Shown in pieces: positions 1-8,258 of a DNA stretch of 38,243 nt (position 1 is its first letter; every line of letters starts with the position of its first letter). The translations under genes and the position numbers were made by a program. Source of the stretch: Nitrospirota bacterium (GTDB lineage Bacteria > Nitrospirota > Thermodesulfovibrionia > Thermodesulfovibrionales > SM23-35); NCBI GenBank assembly GCA_040753575.1, contig JBFMEC010000003.1, forward strand, positions 1-38,243, read 5' to 3'. The notes below the pieces were generated by a model, which was given only the letters and a program-made list of their open reading frames with translations, ran no database searches and was not told the origin of the DNA.

Positions 1-1
1 C

Positions 2-229
2 CGTGGCACAGCAGGAAAAGAGAAACCGCATCCTTCTTTAACAATAGAGTGGATATTAGGACAATTTGGACCAAAGAGCAGACAGTCGGAGAAAAAATAC
101 AGTGAATTTGTCATGGCTGGCATAGGTAAAGAAGAAATCTGGAAAGATGCATTGACAATTTATCAAGCCGAACCAAGCACGGATTCTTTTGAAATGGTTA
201 TAACCTCTGAGAATGGAGAACGTCTTTGA
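2..229 (+). CDS. C-terminal fragment of an IS200-like/COG1943 (Y1 transposase-related) protein; the 5' end lies outside the window
   Basis: The open frame enters from the left edge and stops at TGA 227-229. The translation ...PSLTIEWILGQFGPKSRQSEKKYSEFVMAGIGKEEIWKDAL... resembles the segment after the catalytic core of COG1943 proteins (L.QFG....A.K.Y..FV..G.....W..L). This is recognised from memory only and is not in the ORF track because there is no start codon in the window. Confidence 0.35.
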   Translation, partial: RGTAGKEKPHPSLTIEWILGQFGPKSRQSEKKYSEFVMAGIGKEEIWKDALTIYQAEPSTDSFEMVITSENGERL

Positions 230-645
230 TAGCGTTCAATAGTAAGCCTTAAAACTGTTTTATAGAAAGGGTTCAAAATCATGTGTAGCATAGAGATATT
301 TTTGAAAACTATTAAAGAAAGGAGCCGAGCCAAATGAAGATTAACGCTTTCTGTAGTTTCTGTAACGCTCAGGTAGATGAATCAGCGGGGTGGAAAGGAA
401 ATGGTATGAATTAAAAGGGATAGGTACATTTCTAAGTCAAGGGCTTGCCAAGACTTGCTGAAGCTTGTCTCCTTTTGCAAGGCGAAGAGAAGATTTCAGC
501 TTGAAATCGGGCGAACGCTTGGAGTAGCTAAGGCAGGAGCTTCAACTTTTAAGTACATCCAATACACAATTATTCCTCATATTAGTTGAATTTTGTCACA
601 CCGATTGTAGTATCTGTTCTTGGTATCTGTTTTTGGTGTTGATTT

Positions 646-663
646 TATAGCATGCATGCTATA
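646..663. promoter_or_regulatory. Perfect 18-bp palindrome TATAGCATGCATGCTATA, a candidate operator of the adjacent TA module, embedded in a sigma70-like promoter
   Basis: The palindrome was read directly. It fills the 17-nt spacer between TTGATT (639-644) and TATACT (662-667). It lies 10 nt upstream of the toxin reading frame. A tandem 13-mer GTATCTGTTYTTG x2 sits at 610-635. Confidence 0.5.
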
Positions 664-672
664 TACTAAATT

Positions 673-1030
673 GTGGATTGGACAATCGAATACTATGAAA
701 GTCCCGGAGGGAAATGCCCTGTAAAGGAGTTTATCGATTCTCTTTCACCTGAGAGCAAGGCTAAATACATTTTTATTTGTTGCTGACCTGCTTGAGGAAT
801 ACGGTATAGGGGTTAAAGAGCCTTATGTGAAACCCTTGGCAGGAACAAAAAAGCTTTTTGAGATACGGATTAAGGATAAGTTGAATATTCACAGAATTCT
901 ATACTTTACGTTTACAGGCAGGCGGTTTGTCTTATTGCATGGCTTTACAAAAAAGACGGAAAAGACTCCCGTAAAGGAGATAGAAATAGCAGTAAAAAGA
1001 ATGGAAGAGTATATCTCAAGAAGGAGGTAA
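673..1030 (+). pseudogene. HigB/RelE-type toxin (phage Gp49/DUF891-like), disrupted by a +1 frameshift in a T-run
   Basis: Frame 1 from GTG 673 reads MDWTIEYYESPGGKCPVKEFIDSLSPESKAKYIFICC-stop (TGA 784-786). Frame 2 continues (F)VADLLEEYGIGVKEPYVKPLAGTKKLFEIRIKDKLNIHRILYFTFTGRRFVLLHGFTKKTEKTP... to stop 1028-1030. Removing one T from the T-runs at 770-778 gives one ORF with the usual family layout. The ORF track shows only the 3' part (827..1030). Confidence 0.7.
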
Positions 1031-1034
1031 ACAC

Positions 1035-1319
1035 ATGACTTATAGAGGACATAGAAAAAAGCTTTTGAAGGACAAAAGGGTAAGAGAGGAATATGAAAAG
1101 CTCCTTCCCGAATATGAGCTTGCAAGAAGCATCATTGAACAGAGGCTGAAGAAAAAGATGACACAGGGAGAGGTAGCCAAGAAAGCGGGTATGCCTCAAT
1201 CAACAATATCAAGGATTGAAGGTCTTACTCATGGGCTCCCTAAGATTTCGACACTGAAAAAGATCGCTAAAGCTCTTGATGCAAAGGTTATTGTGAGACT
1301 TGAATCCAAAAGGGCTTAG
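1035..1319 (+). CDS. XRE-family helix-turn-helix antitoxin (HigA-like)
   Basis: It starts 4 nt after the toxin stop. The HTH signature is MTQGEVAKKAGMPQSTISRIEG. The toxin-first gene order is typical of HigBA/Gp49-type modules. Confidence 0.85.
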   Translation: MTYRGHRKKLLKDKRVREEYEKLLPEYELARSIIEQRLKKKMTQGEVAKKAGMPQSTISRIEGLTHGLPKISTLKKIAKALDAKVIVRLESKRA

Positions 1320-2146
1320 AAAAAAAGTAAGCCGACTTGTTGAAACCGGCCTACCTTCGGAGGTTCCAGTAGTTCCCATCTTCCCTTTACTCCGGAATTT
1401 AATGAAGCTACTTCAATATGAAGCATTGCGATACCACAGTCCAGGCGCTTCGATATATTGAATGTATTCTTAAGATTATCTACAGAGATTGTTATGCTGT
1501 CAGGTTCAACGTGAAAGCGCCAGGGTTGGCGATTAAGAGCAGAAGGGGCGAGTCTTGCTGCTTCCAGGGACGGCCTAATCCAAAAAGTCCATTTTGTTTC
1601 TTCCAGTCCTGTAACAAGTTCGGTCAGGGGTTTCCGCTGGTGTTTCCGGCCAAAGGCCGTCATAATTTTTTCCTCCAAGGACCAATCTTTTCTGGCATGG
1701 CCGATAGGCGTTACCGCCAAAACCCTTTCATTCTCGCCGGCGCCAACTATTGTGGCTGCCACTTGCGGATGGAAAAATCCTCCTACCCAGCAGGTGTCCA
1801 GATTCAGAGCAGTTGCCTCCAGGATGATAGCTTCTCCGGTGTGGCCCACCTTTTCATGAATATTAGGGTCATCCATGTCCCCGATAAAAGCAATGAAGGC
1901 AGGTGCACCTTTGACCTTTCCGTAATGACCGATGGCGCCCTTAAAAACTTCGTCTGCTGAGTGAGTCAAGAGCACTGACCGGGCTTGCTTGAAAGGTCTA
2001 AATTCTTCGCAGACTTTTTGTAAGTGGCTCAGCAGGTATGACTCCACTGGCCTCTGTTCAAAGTTGCGTCGTGATCTTCGCTTGAAAATAGCGGCATACC
2101 ATCTTGAAAAGGGGATATCCATTTTTAATTCTCCTGAGGAAATCAT
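1316..2146 (-). CDS. Nitroreductase-family oxidoreductase (two-lobed, about 276 aa)
   Basis: Motifs RRSRRNF near the N-terminus and APSALNRQPWRF are typical of the nitroreductase fold. The gene is convergent with the antitoxin gene and their stop codons overlap (1316-1319). Confidence 0.8.
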   Translation of the reverse strand: MISSGELKMDIPFSRWYAAIFKRRSRRNFEQRPVESYLLSHLQKVCEEFRPFKQARSVLLTHSADEVFKGAIGHYGKVKGAPAFIAFIGDMDDPNIHEKVGHTGEAIILEATALNLDTCWVGGFFHPQVAATIVGAGENERVLAVTPIGHARKDWSLEEKIMTAFGRKHQRKPLTELVTGLEETKWTFWIRPSLEAARLAPSALNRQPWRFHVEPDSITISVDNLKNTFNISKRLDCGIAMLHIEVASLNSGVKGRWELLEPPKVGRFQQVGLLFF

Positions 2147-2343
2147 TTAGCCTCTGGGAATTATACCTAAAATCATGGTTTAAGATACGTGCTACAATAC
2201 ATTAGATGAGTATCTCGAAAGGGACACTGGAGCAGAATCTATGCCTCAACAGAGGTTAACAAAGTGGCTAAAGAACAAAAAAACTAACCTCAAATCCTAC
2301 CTTTTATCAATTAATTAATACCAGATTGTTACTGGTAACTTCT

Positions 2344-2360
2344 TGGCAATATTTTGGCAT
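2344..2360 (+). promoter_or_regulatory. Candidate sigma54 (-24/-12) promoter TGGCAA-N5-TGGCAT
   Basis: GG at 2345-2346 and GC at 2357-2358 have the canonical spacing (TGGCAC-N5-TTGCA, one mismatch in the -12 element). It lies about 65 nt upstream of the ORF starting at 2424/2433. rpoN is encoded in this window. Confidence 0.3.
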
Positions 2361-2423
2361 CTTGTTTAATTATTTAGTGCTATATTTTTATAAATAAATA
2401 TATTATTATAAATCTGTCAAAGA

Positions 2424-2624
2424 GTGATTTATATGAGAAGCTATAAAACAAAAAAACTCATTTCAATATTGATGGGATCACCATTTTATATGACATTAAC
2501 CACGGAAGAAAGACATTCTCTAATAGCAAGACTGGTGCAAAACTACCCATTCCTTATTCAGGATAAAGATGATGAAATAGACAAATTTGATGGAGATTTT
2601 CCAAAATTAGATGGCATCTACTAA
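2424..2624 (+). CDS. Hypothetical small protein (66 aa; the start could be ATG 2433)
   Basis: ORF only, with no recognisable motif. Its 3' end overlaps the next small ORF by 14 nt, suggesting translational coupling. Confidence 0.4.
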   Translation: MIYMRSYKTKKLISILMGSPFYMTLTTEERHSLIARLVQNYPFLIQDKDDEIDKFDGDFPKLDGIY

Positions 2625-2781
2625 ATGCATAAAATGTGGCAATGAAACACTTCAAAGAGATGGCATTTGTGTCTTATGTGAGAGAGGTATCACTCAAATA
2701 TACATGGAGTTATTAGAATTATTAAAGAAGGATGAAAAATGGGATCTACTTCAAACACTAAAGATAGTGGAAATGAGATAA
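2611..2781 (+). CDS. Small zinc-ribbon-like protein (56 aa), below the ORF-track size cutoff
   Basis: ATG 2611 to TAA 2779-2781 reads MASTKCIKCGNETLQRDGICVLCERGITQIYMELLELLKKDEKWDLLQTLKIVEMR. It has a CxxC-N10-CxxC knuckle pair. It is tightly packed between two other small ORFs. Confidence 0.4.
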   Translation: MASTKCIKCGNETLQRDGICVLCERGITQIYMELLELLKKDEKWDLLQTLKIVEMR

Positions 2782-2790
2782 AGATCTATT

Positions 2791-3042
2791 ATGAAATATT
2801 ACCCCCTTTATTCTTATAAGATAGAATATTTTTTGAATCCTGATTCTAATAAGAAAATCTTTACAGGTTTTACCTTCAATGTCAGTAACTCCGGGTTTTG
2901 CCTTTACACTTCTGAGCTTCTCAATGAAGGGCAGAAGATAGTAATCAATAATAATCTCCTTGTTGCTTCCAAACTAGCAATTGTACGCTGGATTGAAAAA
3001 TATGATGAAATTTTTTACATGGCAGGATTGGAATTTATATGA
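2791..3042 (+). CDS. PilZ-like single-domain protein lacking the RxxxR half of the c-di-GMP motif
   Basis: ...FTGFTFNVSNSGFCLYTSELLNEGQKIVI......LAIVRWIEKYDEIFYMAGLEFI matches the PilZ barrel pattern, including (D/N)xSxxG = NVSNSG. No RxxxR is present in the N-terminal 25 residues. Confidence 0.55.
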   Translation: MKYYPLYSYKIEYFLNPDSNKKIFTGFTFNVSNSGFCLYTSELLNEGQKIVINNNLLVASKLAIVRWIEKYDEIFYMAGLEFI

Positions 3043-3132
3043 TGTTTTTATATACAAAAAAGGGACAGCAACCTTTTATCAATGGTAATTGAAGAGGGTT
3101 GTTTTTTTCCTTCTTAAGGCTGACGGCCTTAA

Positions 3133-3708
3133 TTAATGTCTGCGGTGATGGGTGTGTTCCTTCCTGACGATCTTGACGGTACTTGCCTGGGGTCCTTTCT
3201 CTCCTTGCTCTTCTTCAAAGCGTACTTCCGACCCTATCTTTAGCTTTTCAAATCCGTCGAGCACGCTGTTCCGGTGGAAGTAGATCTCTCTTCCACCGAT
3301 TGTCCGGATGAAGCCGTATCCTTCCTCCGGGTAAAGTTTTGAGATCACGCCGTGGGGTAGGAGATCACGGTCTTTTACGTCTCCGTATTGGACGAGGGCA
3401 TATTCCTCAAGCTGGCGGGCTGCTTCTTCAAAGGCATGGTGTACGGCGACAAATATGTCTTCATGACTGTGGTGAAAGGGATGTTCCCGACTTACCACAA
3501 TCTGCCTCTGCGGAACATTTATTACCACCTTTGCTTTGTAAAGATTCCCTTTATGGTGATGCTTGTGAGGCTTTTCGACTGAAACCCTGCAGCTGATGAT
3601 CCCTTCATAATACCTTTCAAGCTTATCAGCCCATTTTTTGATCTCAGCCTCGATGGCATCTTCGTAGGGAGAAACATTGCGGAAAACAATTCTAAGAGGT
3701 GCTTTCAT
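3133..3708 (-). CDS. HPF/RaiA (S30EA)-like domain fused to a C-terminal cold-shock domain, with His-rich patches
   Basis: The N-terminal half (RIVFRNVSPYEDAIEAEIKKWADKLERYYEGIISCRVSVEK...YKAKVVINVP) resembles ribosome-hibernation factor folds. The C-terminal part HGVISKLYPEEGYGFIRTIGGREIYFHRNSV...GSEVRFEEEQGEKGPQA is a CSD (OB fold). His clusters are HKHHHKG, HPFHHSHED and HTHHRRH. Confidence 0.8.
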   Translation of the reverse strand: MKAPLRIVFRNVSPYEDAIEAEIKKWADKLERYYEGIISCRVSVEKPHKHHHKGNLYKAKVVINVPQRQIVVSREHPFHHSHEDIFVAVHHAFEEAARQLEEYALVQYGDVKDRDLLPHGVISKLYPEEGYGFIRTIGGREIYFHRNSVLDGFEKLKIGSEVRFEEEQGEKGPQASTVKIVRKEHTHHRRH

Positions 3709-3917
3709 AAAATGATGCTATCAATGAATACCTTTGTTGTCAATAGCAATCGATAACTTGCCCTCCCCGGTTTTAAGACATCAAAAATTTGTGATAGGAT
3801 GATATAACAAGAATTCCTGTAAGGAGAGGGAGGCATTGAAACCAATGAATATAACTTTTTGGGTATGATAAAATTTACTGTACTTAAACTTGTGCTTCAC
3901 AAAAAAGAGGAAAGGTT

Positions 3918-5468
3918 ATGAATATCGTCACGGCTTACATTATAACGTTTATAGCCAGTTTCTGCATTCTTGTAATTGAGATCGTGGCTGGTCGCATCTT
4001 GGCACCCTTCGTTGGTGTATCTCTTTATACATGGACAAGTATCATCGGCGTTGTCCTTGCAGGAATCAGCATCGGTGCATATCTGGGTGGAAAACTGGCG
4101 GACAGGTTTCCTGAAAGAAAGACTCTGGGATGGCTTCTGATGATTTCCGGGATAGCCACTCTTTCGATATCACCGGTAACAAATCTTGTTGCCGCATATC
4201 ATTTTCCCACATCCCTCATGTTGCGAATCCTTATTGTAACGACGATTACTTTTTTTGTTCCCAGTTGTATCCTCGGAATGATCTCTCCTGTAGTTGTTAA
4301 GCTTGCAATTCGTAATGTGGAAACTGTAGGCAATGTTGTTGGCAAGATTTATGCTTTTTCAACGCTTGGTTCAATCCTGGGAACCTTTGCAGCCGGGTTT
4401 TTCCTCATTTCCTGGATGGGGACGAGGCATATCATATTGGTGATGGGGGGAATATTAATCCTTACAGCCATTTCATGGGGTTCTTTATTTAAGGCAAAGA
4501 AGCCTGCCATCGGATTCCTTTTGCTTCCCTCCTTTATCCTCTGGGGCATATATGACTTGGCCTTTAAGCCACCTATTGATGCCCAGACTCGTTACTACAA
4601 AGAGAGTGATTATTATACTATAAAGGTTAAAAGGGCATTGAGTCCGGATGGGAAAGTGAGTTTGGAGGCCCTTGTGCTGGATAATCTGACTCACTCTTAT
4701 GTGAATTTGGAGAATCCATTGCATCTGGAATATAAATATGAAAAGATTTACTCCGAAGTTCTCAAATGGAGGTTTAAAAAAGATGAGGTCTTCAGAAGCC
4801 TCACAATCGGAGGTGGAGGATATACCTTTCCCAGATATATGGAGGTTTTTTATCAGAAGGCTCAGCATGATGTTGTTGAAATAGACCCTGAAATAACGAC
4901 GGTCGTTTACAAATATCTTGGATTGCCGAAAGAAACAAGGATACGCACACATAATACCGATGGCCGCTGGTTCGTCATGAACTGCAAAGAAAAATACGAT
5001 GTCATTTTCGTTGATGCCTACAACGATCTCTCAATTCCATACCATCTTACAACAAAGGAATTTGCCCAACTTCTCAAGAATATCCTGAAGCCTGATGGCC
5101 TCTTGTTGACAAACATTATCGACAATTTCAAGAAAGGTACATTTCTTCCTTCCTATATAAAGACATTAAGAGAGGTCTTTGGAGACGGGAACGTCTATCT
5201 GATATCAATAAGCCCCAATTTTGAAAGAATAAACATAAGCACCTTTGTTGTAATGACAGGGAAAGGCAATGTAAATATAGGGGACTTTGAATCTTATATT
5301 AAGAAATTTAGGGGTGAAGCCATTTCATCGGTAGTTCCAGAGGACATGTTGGATGAATTTCAGGAGAAGACTTATTCCGTAACTTTAAGGGATGATTATG
5401 CACCGGTTGATAACCTCATCGCTCCCGTCTTTGAAGAGCGCTTTGGCTATAACAGAAGACAGCGATAA
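3918..5468 (+). CDS. Fused polytopic-membrane/spermidine-synthase-like (SAM-dependent aminopropyl/methyltransferase fold) protein
   Basis: About 200 aa of hydrophobic helices are followed by a Rossmann region with LTIGGGGYTFPRY and VIFVDAYND, as in the fused MFS/spermidine synthase family. Confidence 0.85.
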   Translation: MNIVTAYIITFIASFCILVIEIVAGRILAPFVGVSLYTWTSIIGVVLAGISIGAYLGGKLADRFPERKTLGWLLMISGIATLSISPVTNLVAAYHFPTSLMLRILIVTTITFFVPSCILGMISPVVVKLAIRNVETVGNVVGKIYAFSTLGSILGTFAAGFFLISWMGTRHIILVMGGILILTAISWGSLFKAKKPAIGFLLLPSFILWGIYDLAFKPPIDAQTRYYKESDYYTIKVKRALSPDGKVSLEALVLDNLTHSYVNLENPLHLEYKYEKIYSEVLKWRFKKDEVFRSLTIGGGGYTFPRYMEVFYQKAQHDVVEIDPEITTVVYKYLGLPKETRIRTHNTDGRWFVMNCKEKYDVIFVDAYNDLSIPYHLTTKEFAQLLKNILKPDGLLLTNIIDNFKKGTFLPSYIKTLREVFGDGNVYLISISPNFERINISTFVVMTGKGNVNIGDFESYIKKFRGEAISSVVPEDMLDEFQEKTYSVTLRDDYAPVDNLIAPVFEERFGYNRRQR

Positions 5469-5501
5469 ATAAAGTTGTATTTTTGGAGAAAGGGGCAAAG
5501 G

Positions 5502-6092
5502 ATGGAAAGGATAAAAAGTGCTTTTGAAAAGGCCATGGAAAAGGTTGCCGAAATTGGTGAGCTCACTCCGGAAGAAAAAGAAAAGATAAAAGATGAAGGG
5601 AAGCTGAAAACATTACTGGCAGAATTTTACAGGGGCCGTCTTAGCTCCGAGGGATTATGGGAGAAGTTAAAGGGTGATAAAGCTTACCTTCTGAAAGAGG
5701 CTCAGCAAAATCTTGCTGATTCATTGAGATTGGAAAGTATTCCTGAAGAATTTAGACTGAGGAAAGATGGTATTTTGGCGATAGAAACTCTGAAGGAAAG
5801 ACAAAATACATCGGCAATCGAGCAAAGCCTGAAGTCCATCGAACTTTTGCAAAGGGAATATCGTGAGGGAAAAGAGAGGATCGCCGAAGAGTTGAGAGAG
5901 GAAATAGAAAGGAACCCCCATCTGAGGTTGAGACCTGTCAGAACACCTGACGGGAAAACTGTCGTTCAGGCTACTCTATCGGTTGATGAGGCTGTTCAGG
6001 CTAAATTGGCAGATTTCCTTTTAGAACATGAAAAGAGATACAGCGCCAGGTTCAATAAAATGATCGAGAAATTAAAAAAGGATTTAAGATAA
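5502..6092 (+). CDS. Hypothetical charged coiled-coil protein
   Basis: The ORF 5475..6092 is trimmed to ATG 5502 (AAAGGGG 6 nt upstream). The sequence is Glu/Lys/Arg-rich and helical, with no recognised family. Confidence 0.6.
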   Translation: MERIKSAFEKAMEKVAEIGELTPEEKEKIKDEGKLKTLLAEFYRGRLSSEGLWEKLKGDKAYLLKEAQQNLADSLRLESIPEEFRLRKDGILAIETLKERQNTSAIEQSLKSIELLQREYREGKERIAEELREEIERNPHLRLRPVRTPDGKTVVQATLSVDEAVQAKLADFLLEHEKRYSARFNKMIEKLKKDLR

Positions 6093-6689
6093 CTATACTT
6101 TTTTCACACCTTCTTTCAGTATGATGCTATATCTTGAATGTTTAAAGGAGTGAATCGTAGGTACCTTCGCAAACAACCATCCCCACTGTTTTCCGGGAGT
6201 AGGGAATATCTGTTTACCTGCCTCGAAAACTCTTACTCCCAGGGCAGGGTTATTAGGTTGATTTGATGCGGAAGTCAGGGTAAGACCTTCCATTCTGAAA
6301 TCGGGTAGAAATTCTCCGATATGAATCTTTACATTTGAATCGGGGATTGTAAAATCAGAATTAAGTTTGACTGTGTACTCCTGGATATTCTTTGTAGTTT
6401 TGTCTTCAACTAAGATCTTTGCTGCAGACCATTTGCCCTTTACAGAACCAGGCACTACTACCTGGGTCTTCCCTCGCGCCATCATCATACCAGGGGGTGG
6501 AACAGGTCTCTCTGGTGATACGGGTCCCCTCGTCACGGGACCTTGTGGCATTTGTCCCGGCGGCATAGGCATCGGCGCCGTAGGTACGGGCGTCCGGGGA
6601 ACTGGTTGGGTCTCTTTCTTTTTACAGGAACTCAACGAGAATGTCAAAAGAAGACATAACATTAGTATCAACAACTCTTTTTTCATCAT
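6093..6689 (-). CDS. Lipoprotein with a Pro-rich linker; the C-terminal domain is possibly DUF2155-like
   Basis: Signal peptide plus lipobox MMKKELLILMLCLLLTFSLSSC. A P-rich tract (PVPRTPVPTAPMPMPPGQMP...) follows. A GGAGG SD lies upstream. Its stop codon abuts the stop of the convergent gene (6092/6093). Confidence 0.7.
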   Translation of the reverse strand: MMKKELLILMLCLLLTFSLSSCKKKETQPVPRTPVPTAPMPMPPGQMPQGPVTRGPVSPERPVPPPGMMMARGKTQVVVPGSVKGKWSAAKILVEDKTTKNIQEYTVKLNSDFTIPDSNVKIHIGEFLPDFRMEGLTLTSASNQPNNPALGVRVFEAGKQIFPTPGKQWGWLFAKVPTIHSFKHSRYSIILKEGVKKV

Positions 6690-6730
6690 ATTCCTCCGCG
6701 TAAGATCTTTCTAAAGTTTGCTCCTCTTCA

Positions 6731-6823
6731 TGGCGGAGAGGCAGGGATTCGAACCCTGGGTGAGTTTTTACACCCACAACCGCTTAGCAGGCGGCTGCCT
6801 TAGACCAGCTCGGCCACCTCTCC
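6731..6823 (-). tRNA. tRNA-Ser (anticodon GCU), CCA encoded
   Basis: The reverse complement reads GGAGAGGTGGCCGAGCTGGTCTAAGGCAGCCGCCTGCTAAGCGGTTGTGGGTGTAAAAACTCACCCAGGGTTCGAATCCCTGCCTCTCCGCCA. It has a 7-bp acceptor stem, anticodon loop CU-GCU-AA, a long variable arm (GGGTG/CACCC) and a GGTTCGAATCC T-loop. Confidence 0.95.
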
Positions 6824-6873
6824 TGAAACAATTTATAATAACAACTGGATTGAACTTTGTAAAGAAGTGCTGG

Positions 6874-7731
6874 CTATGAACCCATATCACGATGGATGAT
6901 ATTTATACCCACAGGATATTTCTTTAGATAAAGTTGTAGCTTTTCCACGATGGCAGGAGAACGGTGGTTCCCTCCCGTACAGCCGATACCGACTGCTAGG
7001 TAAGACCTTCCCTCCTCAATATACTTGGGGATGAGAAAGTCCAGGAGATCTTTTATCTTGCGCATAAAGGCCTTAGCCTCTGGCTTTTTAAGCACAAAGT
7101 CGGAAACCCTTTTATCCGTCCCATTCAGTGGTTTTAATTCGGGCACGAAGTTCGGATTGGGCAAAAATCTTACATCGAAAAGTAGATCGACATTCTGAGG
7201 TGCGCCGAATTTAAATCCGAAGGAGATGAGACTGACTGACATCGCTTTGTTAACAGGTTTTCCATAAAGAGATGATACAAACTGTCTCAATTGATGTGGC
7301 GTAAATGGAGATGTATCGACAACCCGATCAGAGATCTCCCCGAGAGGAGAGAGTCTTTCCTTTTCAATCCTTATAGCTTCTTCAATATTTCCTCCGAGTG
7401 GATGGGGCCTCCTTGTCTCTTTAAACCGTCTCAAAAGTACGTCCCTTTCAGCCTCGAGAAAGAGGATGTCAGTGGGATATTCCTTCTTCAGTTTTCTAAG
7501 TACATCACTGCTTTCAGACAAAAATTCTTTTTCCCGTATGTCAATCCCGATTCCGATTTTTTTGATCTCTCTGTTTCTTGATATTATCGAAACGAATGAA
7601 TCGATGAGGGCAATGGGAAGATTATCGACGCAAAAAAAGTTGGAGTCTTCAAGGGCTCTAAGGGCAACGGTCTTGCCAGATCCAGAAAGGCCGGTTATGA
7701 TGACTATTCTTGGAAAAGTGCGATCCTTCAC
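6874..7731 (-). CDS. rapZ: RNase adapter protein RapZ (YhbJ)
   Basis: P-loop GLSGSGKT at the N-terminus and C-terminal IGCTGGNHRSP. It sits downstream of rpoN-hpf, the conserved position. Confidence 0.9.
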   Translation of the reverse strand: MKDRTFPRIVIITGLSGSGKTVALRALEDSNFFCVDNLPIALIDSFVSIISRNREIKKIGIGIDIREKEFLSESSDVLRKLKKEYPTDILFLEAERDVLLRRFKETRRPHPLGGNIEEAIRIEKERLSPLGEISDRVVDTSPFTPHQLRQFVSSLYGKPVNKAMSVSLISFGFKFGAPQNVDLLFDVRFLPNPNFVPELKPLNGTDKRVSDFVLKKPEAKAFMRKIKDLLDFLIPKYIEEGRSYLAVGIGCTGGNHRSPAIVEKLQLYLKKYPVGINIIHRDMGS

Positions 7732-8246
7732 CTTAAAGGTTCTATGAGCCCAAAATTGCCATCTTTCCTTCGATATATGACATTAATGTCTCCACTTTTT
7801 GCATTTGTGAAGACGAAAAAGTCCTTATCAAGCAGTTCCATCTGCATGGCCGCCTCATCGGGACTCATCGGTTTCAACTCAAAGCGTTTATTCTTTATAA
7901 TCCTTCCTGGTTCTACAAAAGCTGTCCTTGGCTCTGTCTCTGACTTTCCTTCATTCTTACGATGAGAAACAAGTTTCTCTTTATATTTTTTGACCTGCCT
8001 CTCCAGCTTTTCTATTACTTCATCGATTGAAGAATATATCTCTCCTGTAATTCCTTCGGCTTGAATGAGGACTCCATTAACCTTGAGCAGTACTTCTGCC
8101 TTGTGTCTGTATTTTTCTATGCTGAGGGTAAAAATAGCCTCCGATATGTTTGAGAGAAAACGGTCAAACCTCTTAATCTTCTTCTCAGCATAATGTCTTA
8201 ATGCTGGAGTAACCTCAAGGTGTCTTCCTGTCACAATGATATTCAT
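7728..8246 (-). CDS. hpf: Ribosome hibernation-promoting factor, long form
   Basis: MNIIVTGRHLEVTPALRHYAEKKI... is the S30EA domain, followed by a C-terminal dimerisation extension. It lies directly downstream of rpoN. Confidence 0.9.
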   Translation of the reverse strand: MNIIVTGRHLEVTPALRHYAEKKIKRFDRFLSNISEAIFTLSIEKYRHKAEVLLKVNGVLIQAEGITGEIYSSIDEVIEKLERQVKKYKEKLVSHRKNEGKSETEPRTAFVEPGRIIKNKRFELKPMSPDEAAMQMELLDKDFFVFTNAKSGDINVIYRRKDGNFGLIEPLR

Positions 8247-8258
8247 GGTTTCCTCCTT

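Noticed and set aside
334-414. 26-codon ORF MKINAFCSFCNAQVDESAGWKGNGMN with an AAAGGAG SD, and the 230-672 spacer as an ncRNA or gene relic
   Set aside because: The CSFC motif is reminiscent of Zn-finger N-termini, but the ORF is too short and has only one Cys pair. The surrounding 440 bp has stops in all frames and no convincing conserved structure. It is probably decayed sequence between the transposase-like fragment and the TA module.
1418-1960. Long antisense ORFs inside well-supported genes (for example 1418..1960, 8236..8643, 10067..10315, 15484..15900, 17838..18287, 21007..21531, 23646..24086, 36452..36868)
   Set aside because: Each lies opposite a gene with clear family motifs. Each has the biased low-complexity composition typical of shadow frames and lacks an SD.
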